Positions 37,695 to 46,370 of a stretch of DNA of 46,370 bases are shown here, in pieces (the first letter of the stretch is position 1; every line of letters begins with the position of its first letter). This DNA comes from Callorhinchus milii (Eukaryota). A program made the position numbers and the translations under genes. The stretch lies in NCBI RefSeq assembly GCF_018977255.1, contig NW_024705417.1:1-46370 (forward strand), in the 5' to 3' direction. Below the pieces are notes generated by a model that worked only from the letters and a program-made list of their open reading frames with translations, did not search any database and was not told the origin of the DNA.

Positions 37695-38795
37695 TGTGTG
37701 TTGGGGGGGGGTATCGGCGTGTGGGGGGTGTATTGGGTGCATGTGAGTCAGTGTGTGTATATGGCGGGGGGTGTATTGGATGGGTGTGTGTCAGTGTGTG
37801 GATGGGTGTGTGTGTGGGGGTGTGTGCGGGTGATGTGTGTCTGTGTGTGGGTCTGTGTGTATGGGTCTGTGTGTGTGTGTGGGGGGTCTATATGTTGGGG
37901 GGGGGCGGGGTGCGGGTGGTATATATGGGGGGGCGTGGGGGGGTGTATATTGTGTGTGTGGAGGGGGTGTATTGGGGTGGAGTGGGGGGAGGGATGTATT
38001 GGGGGTGTGTGTGTGTGAGGGGGTGTATATTGGGGGGGCGCGGGGGGTGTATATTGGGTGGGTGGGGGGGAGGGTGTATTGGGGGTTTGTGTGTGTGTGT
38101 GGGGGTGTATATTGGGGGCGCGGGGGGGGTGTATATTGGGGGGGCGCGGGGGGTGTATATTGGGTGTGTGGGTGGGGGTGTGTGTGTGTGGGGGTGTATA
38201 TTGGGGGGGGGGCGCGGGGGGTGTATATTGGGTGTGTGGGTGGGGGTGAGGGGTGTATTGGGGGTGTGTGTGGGGTGTATATTGGGGGGGGGCGCGGGGG
38301 GGTGTACAGAATATCTACAAAGTATAAAACATTGGGTCAGAAACCACAAAAAAAAACATTTTAAATAAAAATCGGGTTTTTCTTGGCCCTTTTTTTTAAA
38401 AAAAAGATTATTTTAAGGTGAATTTTCTCTCTCGGGGAGTGGGGAGGGGGGGTACAGGGGGAGGGGGTCGCGGGGTACAGGGGGAGGGGGTCGCGGGGGG
38501 GAGGGGGTCGTGGAGGGGGTTCAGGGGAAGGGTACAGGGAGAGGGGGTCGCGGGGGTACAGGGGGAGGGGGTCGCGGGGGGAGGGGCTATAGGGGAAGGG
38601 GGCGGGGGAGGGGGTCGCGGGGGGTACAGGGGGAGGGGGTCGCGGGGGGAGGGGCTATAGGGGAAGGGGGGCGGGGGAGGGGGTCGTGGGGGGGGTTCAG
38701 GGGAAGGGTCGCGGAGAGGGTACAGGGGGAGGGGGTCGCGGGGGGTACAGGGGGAGGGGGTCGCGGGGGGAGGGGGTTACAGGGGGAGTGGGGGG
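37695..38795. repeat. G/GT-rich minisatellites (ggggtgtatattggggg; gggggagggggtcgcgggggtaca) at the start of SRRT intron 1
   Basis: Directly visible; dense G-runs, G-quadruplex-prone on the plus (template) strand. Confidence 0.9.
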
Positions 38796-38810
38796 GACAG
38801 CAGCACAAAC

Positions 38811-39010
38811 CTCCTCCCGCCGCTCCTCCACCACAGCGCCAGGCTCAGGCTCCCCGGATGTGGCCTAGGCCTCCCGCCCTGACAAGGAGCGGCGCGCGGC
38901 AGGCAAGAGGCCACCTCGCTGCCGACGCCTCGTGCTTGTTCTTTCGCGCTCGCCGCTGCCGGGAGGACCGCTCGCCCTCCCTCGGTCGGAGGACCGCCTC
39001 GCGGCCACCA
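38811..39010 (-). promoter_or_regulatory. SRRT: Probable non-coding first exon / CpG promoter of SRRT
   Basis: Unique CpG-rich block ending in GGAG/gtttgt donor (GT at 38810-38809), upstream of the ATG exon. Mammalian SRRT also has a non-coding exon 1. The TSS is not determined. Confidence 0.55.
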
Positions 39011-39379
39011 CCAACCCACCCATTGACCACACCACACAGTCACTACACTTCCCCGGCATATTGTTATTATAATAATAATAATAATGATAACAATAATAAT
39101 GTGGTGACTTCAACCAACCCACGACTGTTCGTGTGGGGGAAGGACGTCGCTGGGCGCGATTGGCTGCCCCGTTTCACACACCAAACGCACAGTCACTACA
39201 CTTCATAGCGTATCCTGTGAAGCGCTTTGAGGCGTCGCGAAGACGTGATGAGGCGAAGGGTCAAACGCGAGGGTTCTTAATAATAATAATCCATCTCTGC
39301 GTTTGATACAGCGCCTTATCACGTCTCAAAGCGCTTCGGGGAATTATACTGTAAAGCGTAGTGACTGTCCTCCCTCCCC

Positions 39380-40030
39380 CACAGCCAGTCCCAGGGCAGC
39401 ACTGCCTCCGCCACATGGCCGGTCTCCGCCGACGTCTTCCGTCCCACGGTTCCAACCGCCTCAACCCAACCTGTCCTTAAAGCTCTCCGAAAACCCTGCG
39501 CAACTTGGGGGGGTCAGGGTTCGATCCCCAGTTATCCTTCCCCCCCCCACTCCGCCGTCCCCAAAATCCAGCTCATTGAAAACTCTGCCACCCTCATTCT
39601 CACCCGCACCAAAACCCCACTCCCCGATTACCCCAGTAACCCCTCTGGCTCCGTCACAGGGCGGATCCACTCAGATCCTCGCCCTCGTGTTTAACTCCCT
39701 CCATTCCTTGCCCCCATCTCTCTCACCTCCCCTCAACCCCACAGCAGTACCAACTGCCTCCGCTCTATCGTCCCCCGAATCCTCCGCTCCACCATCGATG
39801 GCCGTGCCTTCAGCCATTACACCCCGAAGCCATGGAACTCCCTCCCTCAACCCCTTTGCCTCAACCCCATCTCAAGACCCTCCGCTTCGACCGTGCTTTC
39901 GATCTCCCTGCCGCACCCCTCTCCCCACCCCCCCCCCCCCCCCCCATCTCGGGTCCGAAACACTGACCGTCCAACGCCTTGGGACGTCCCCGCTCACGCG
40001 AAAGGCTCTTTACACATGTAATGTTGTTGT
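39380..40030 (+). mobile_element. L2 LINE 3' fragment
   Basis: ccagctcattgaaaactctgc, ccatcgatggccgtgccttcagc...tggaactccctccct...tcaagaccctccgcttcgacc, matching the L2 3' region at 700-1100. Confidence 0.7.
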
Positions 40031-40334
40031 CTTCCAGGTGAAACGCGGCAGCTAATTGCGCACTGGAGTGTCCCACAAAGTCGTGAACAAATTATTATTC
40101 ATTTGAGGGGATTATTACCCCCGGAAAGTGATCCCCAATCGACTAACAAGCGGGTTCCTACTGACTGCTCGGAAAGAGTCGCGTGTGTGTGTGTTGGGTA
40201 AGGAAACTCGCCTAAGCTTTCACCCTGACCCGCCCGGGTATCGAACCCAGGTCCTCTCTCTTGCGAGGTGAGGACAACGGTGGGGGATCAAGCCCTCTTT
40301 CTTACCCAAGCGAGCGCAGTGTTGGGACCCTCCT

Positions 40335-40660
40335 CACACGCAACGCACATACGCACAACACGCGCACAAACACGCGCACACACAAAACGCAACACGTACA
40401 CAGAACAAAAACACAACGCACATGCACACAAGATACACCACACACGCACAACATACAAAAGACGTACAAACACGTAAAACATATGCACGCATGAACGCAA
40501 ACACACAATGCGCACAACACATACACAAAACACATACACACAACAAATACACAAAAAACACATAAAACACACGCGCACAACACAACACAACACACAAAAC
40601 ACACACACACACAACATGCATACACACAAAGCACACACACGCGTGCGCACACACAAGACA
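40335..40660. repeat. CA-rich low-complexity repeat
   Basis: Directly visible. Confidence 0.9.
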
Positions 40661-42224
40661 ATAACCCGGGTGTGTCGGGTTTGTTTTTATTGCTGCTAAA
40701 ATAAAATACAGGATCAGGTCAGGGTGACTTGACGTAATTCCAAATACAATTTCTTTCAAAGTGTTGGTCTCACAGAGAGAGAGAGAGAGAGAGAGTGAGA
40801 GAGAGTGAGAGAGAGAGATCGGGGAATCCTTGACGGGACGAGAGACAGCGGGAACGGGGTGGAATGTGAAGAAACATCCAGTGGTGGACGGGGTGAAGGT
40901 GGGGGTGGGGGAGAAGGGGGTAAGAGCTGGATTTACCCCCCAATTCCCGCCACCCGGTGATCCTGCCAATGCTATCAGGCCCTGTGTTTTTTAATCTCCA
41001 ATTGTTAACCCCCACCACTTAACGCTGGTAAACAGAGGCGAGTCTGCGTGTGCGTCTGTGTGTGTGCGTCTGTGTGACTGACTGTGTGTCTGTGTTCGTC
41101 TGTGTCTGTCTGTCTGTGTTGTACCTGTGTGTGTGTGTCTGTGTTGTATCTGTGTGTCTGTGTGTGTGTGTGTGGGTGGGGAGTAAGGAAACTTGCCTGA
41201 GGTTTCGCCCTGACCTTACCCGCCCGGGAATCGAACCCGGGTCCTCTCGCTCGCGAGGGGAGGGGAGGTGGGGGGGGGGGTCTAACCCCCTGAGCTAGAG
41301 ACTGGTCAGCAGATCACGTCAGGAGTGAGGGGGTCCCTCATGAAGACACTCACAGAGTGTGTGTGTGTGTGTGTGTGTGGGGGGGGGGGAGAATTAAACT
41401 GAGGGAGGGAGATTGGGAGGGGTGGGGGTGTGTGGGGGGGGGGGAACTGTCACTTCATTAACTCGCTGACAAATCAAACCGTTCTTTTTTCTCTGCTCGG
41501 GGTCTCATATGGCGGGGGGGTGGGAGGGCGCGGGGGAGAGGGTGGGGGTGAAGTAACCAACGCACACAAGGCTCTCGCTCCCCCTCTCACTCGCTCGCTC
41601 ATCGCAAGGCTGGAATGTCGTGGAACTTTAAGGGGAAAACCGCGGCAATTAACTCTCTCTATATAATAGATAAGATATACATATATCTCAGGTGTGCGTT
41701 GGACGCTGCTAAATGGTCTGTGTGGCACAGGCGCACACCGCTCGGAGGAAGAGAATCGATCAAGAGTCCGGGAAGAAAGTATATTATATATATATATATA
41801 TATAGGCATTTCCACTTTCCTCTGTCCTTCAAGCTCCCATTCGTATACTCTGGATAATCTGGAAGATTGCTGTGTGGAGAGGTGGGGGGGGGAGGGGGAG
41901 GAAGGAGAGAGAACATTAGTATTATAATTAATAATAAAAATAATAATAATAATCCTGGCCTTTGACCCGGCGCCTCATCACGTCATCGAGACGTCTCACA
42001 GCGCTTCACGGGATGCACTGTGAAGTGTCGCGACTGTGTGCTTTGTGGGGGGCGAAACGCGGCAGCCAGTTGCGCCCGGCGACGTCCCCACAAACAGCCG
42101 GGGGTTGAGTGAGCAGATTATTATTTTCCCGGGGATTGTTTCCCCCGGGGGGGGGGGGGCGGGGGCGTCTCAAAGCGCTCCGCGGGGGTTTCACTGTGAA
42201 GCGTAGGCGGCCGCCGCGCCCCGA

Positions 42225-42570
42225 ATAAATACGTTGCGTCTGTCTGTGTGTGTGTGTGTGTCTGTGTGTGTGTACCTATGTGTGCCTGTGTATGTCTGTC
42301 TGTGTGTGTGTGTGTATGTCTGTCTGTGTGTGTGTGTGTATGTCTGTCTGTGTGTGTGTGTGTGTCTGTATGTGTGTATGTGTGTATGTGTCTCTGTGTG
42401 TGTGTGTTATGTGTCTCTGTGTGTGTGTGTCTGTGTGTCGGCCAAGAACTCAATAACCAAGTGACATAGGGACACGATTTATACCTGATCGGAACGGTCT
42501 TGCTTGGGGGGAGTGTCGTGGGCACATTTTTTGGTGGCGGCATCTCCTATCGTTGATGAGCTACGCCCTC
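42225..42570 (+). mobile_element. Second, diverged Helitron-like copy with expanded microsatellite
   Basis: Shares aactcaa...gacacgatttatacct.atcggaa.ggtctt...gggggagtg...tgggca.atttttt...cctatcgttga.gagctacg with 42980-43118. Confidence 0.5.
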
Positions 42571-42927
42571 ACACACGTATGGCAGTTACATGTAACGCTG
42601 CAGTTACACCTGGTGGCCGCGACGGCTCCCGGGGGCCCCCTGTGGCACACAGATGAAGCCAAGCGGCGGGAACAAGATGTCGGTGCTGACGGCAGCCGTT
42701 TGGCTGATGTTCCTGCTGCTCCTCCTGGGCAGGCCCAGGCTGGGTGGTGCCATGTCGGAGTCGGGTGACATGGTTGGCTCTGGAAGACCCCGGAGTTCCT
42801 GATAGCGACGGGCAGGGGAGGGTGAAGCCTGGGGGGCGCTCGAGTTGTGGAGGGTGGGGGGAGGCCTCACCCGGGGCTGGGGTTTAGCCCCTTCCCTTCC
42901 CCTTACGCATATAATCTTACACAATAA

Positions 42928-43263
42928 TCTATCTTTATAGTGATAAAGACAAAACGTCCGTCTGTGTGTGTCTGTCTGTCCGCCAATAACTCAACAACTG
43001 ATTGACGTGGAGACACGATTTATACCTCATCGGAAAGGTCTTTCATGGGGGAGTGCCATGGGCATATTTTTTTTGGGAGGGGGGGTTGTAATCCCCTATC
43101 GTTGACGAGCTACGACCTGAATAAGCTCATCGCGCGTGTTTTGCTGAGGGTGCAGATGCAGGGTTGGATGGTTTGTGTGTGGGGGGGTGGTGGTGGTGGT
43201 GGTGGGGGGGGGTTCCACGTTGGACTCTTCGGTTGGGAGCGAAGCTGGAACGCGAACAGCTCG
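42928..43263 (+). mobile_element. Non-autonomous Helitron-like element
   Basis: A|TC start (tctatctttatagtgataaag), GTCT/GT microsatellite, 3' end gagcgaagctggaacgcgaacagCTCG|T resembling a decayed hairpin plus CTAG|T; related copy at about 42225-42570. Confidence 0.5.
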
Positions 43264-43399
43264 TGTTTGACCCTGAGGCTGATCAGGCCGACGCCGCGTC
43301 TCAAAACGCTTCACGGGTTACACTGTCAACTGTAGTGACCGTGTGTCTTTTGTGAGCGGTACACAGTCACTACACCTGTAAGGAGGGGGGGGGAGGGGT

Positions 43400-44700
<1,301 letters not shown>

Positions 44701-44734
44701 TGCCACCTCAGCACAGACTCAGCCACAGACCGTC

Positions 44735-45270
44735 TATAATAATATAATATAATAATTATATAACATAACATAATAACTACACAACATTATAATAATATAA
44801 TAACAATATAACATAATATAATAATATAATAACAATACAACAATATAATACAATAATATGACAATACAACAATATGTTATAATATAATAACAATACTACA
44901 ATATAATATAATAATACAATAACAATACAACAATATGATATAATAATATAATAACAATACAACAATATAATAACATAATAACAATATAATATAATAATAT
45001 AACAATACAACAATATGATATAATATAATAACAATATAATATAACAATATAATATATAACAATATGATATAATACAATTGTAATCAACGTAATATAATTT
45101 AATATAATATAACAATATAATATATAACAATAATATAATTGAACTGTAATGATATTATAGTGTAAGAACAATACAATAATATATAACATAATAAGAATAT
45201 AACAGTAGTATAATATTATAATATGATAATATATAATCATATAATATGATAATATAATAAAATAATAATT
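44735..45270. repeat. AT-rich (AAT/AATAT/AAC)n low-complexity repeat in SERP intron 1
   Basis: Directly visible. Confidence 0.95.
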
Positions 45271-45939
45271 GTTGTATTTGATATGGCGCCTTATCACGTC
45301 TTCGAGACGTCTCAAAGCGCTGCACCGGCTATACTGTAAAGTGTAGTGACTGTATATTTTGTAGCCGAAACGCGTGATATGGCGCTGTATCAAATGCAGG
45401 GATTATTATTATTGGGGGGAATCACTTTTCCGGGCGGTAACCGTCCCTTAAAAAAAAATAATTTTGGTCACTCGATCCCTGACTGTTCGTGGGGATGTCG
45501 CTGTGCGCAATGGCCTTCTGTCGCATTTCGTCCGCAAAAAGGCACAGCCACTACGCTTCACAGTATATTCTGTGAAGCCTTTCGAGACATGATGAGGCGC
45601 TGCATGAAATACTGTAACCTTGGCCATCGAGAGAGAGAGAGAGAGCGCTGTCTGGCCAAGCTTTCCCACTGCTAGGACCCCCCCCCCCCCCCAAAGCCTT
45701 TCCCCCCGTCGGCCTGAGTGAACCGGGAGGAGATCGGCGACAACAACTTGCATTTAAATCAGCCCACCCCCACCCACCACCCCCCACTCACTCACCCAAG
45801 GCAGCGGCAGAGAGCGACAAGAGTTTCGGGGCGCAGCTGCTGAAAGCGCGGGGGGGTGGGGTTGGGGTGGGTGGGTGGTGGTGGGGGGGTGGGGGTCAAT
45901 GCAGGGGACCGGGGAGGCGGGAGAGGGGCCGGGAGATGA

Positions 45940-46347
<408 letters not shown>

Positions 46348-46370
46348 TAGAGGGAGGGAGCCGCAGAGTT

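Overview
This is vertebrate genomic DNA, GC-rich and dense in repeats. The abundant tRNA-headed Deu-core SINEs with L2-type tails, plus CR1 and L2 LINE relics, suggest a cartilaginous fish, probably a holocephalan (inference, not checked by search). The main gene is a complete SRRT (ARS2/serrate) on the minus strand. I resolved 19 core coding exons from the ATG at 36058 to the TGA at 9627, with consistent splice sites and phases (about 886-893 aa), and a probable non-coding first exon near 38.8-39.0 kb. A SERP/RAMP4-family gene starts divergently on the plus strand (exons 44050-44133 and 45970-46045; exon 3 lies outside the window). The most interesting signals are: (1) a candidate poison or alternative-terminal exon in SRRT intron 5, with nested complementarity to the sequence just past the exon 5 donor; (2) a SERP gene next to SRRT that may be a third ohnologue lost in mammals; (3) a highly repeated TGA(C/T)TGACAG-N9-CCAAT promoter array mirrored around SERP exon 1; (4) two in-frame 39-nt candidate cassette exons in SRRT; (5) a putative spliced non-coding gene downstream of SRRT; and (6) an exon-like fragment between two Helitron-like copies. 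Most ORFs in the supplied track come from microsatellites and repeats.
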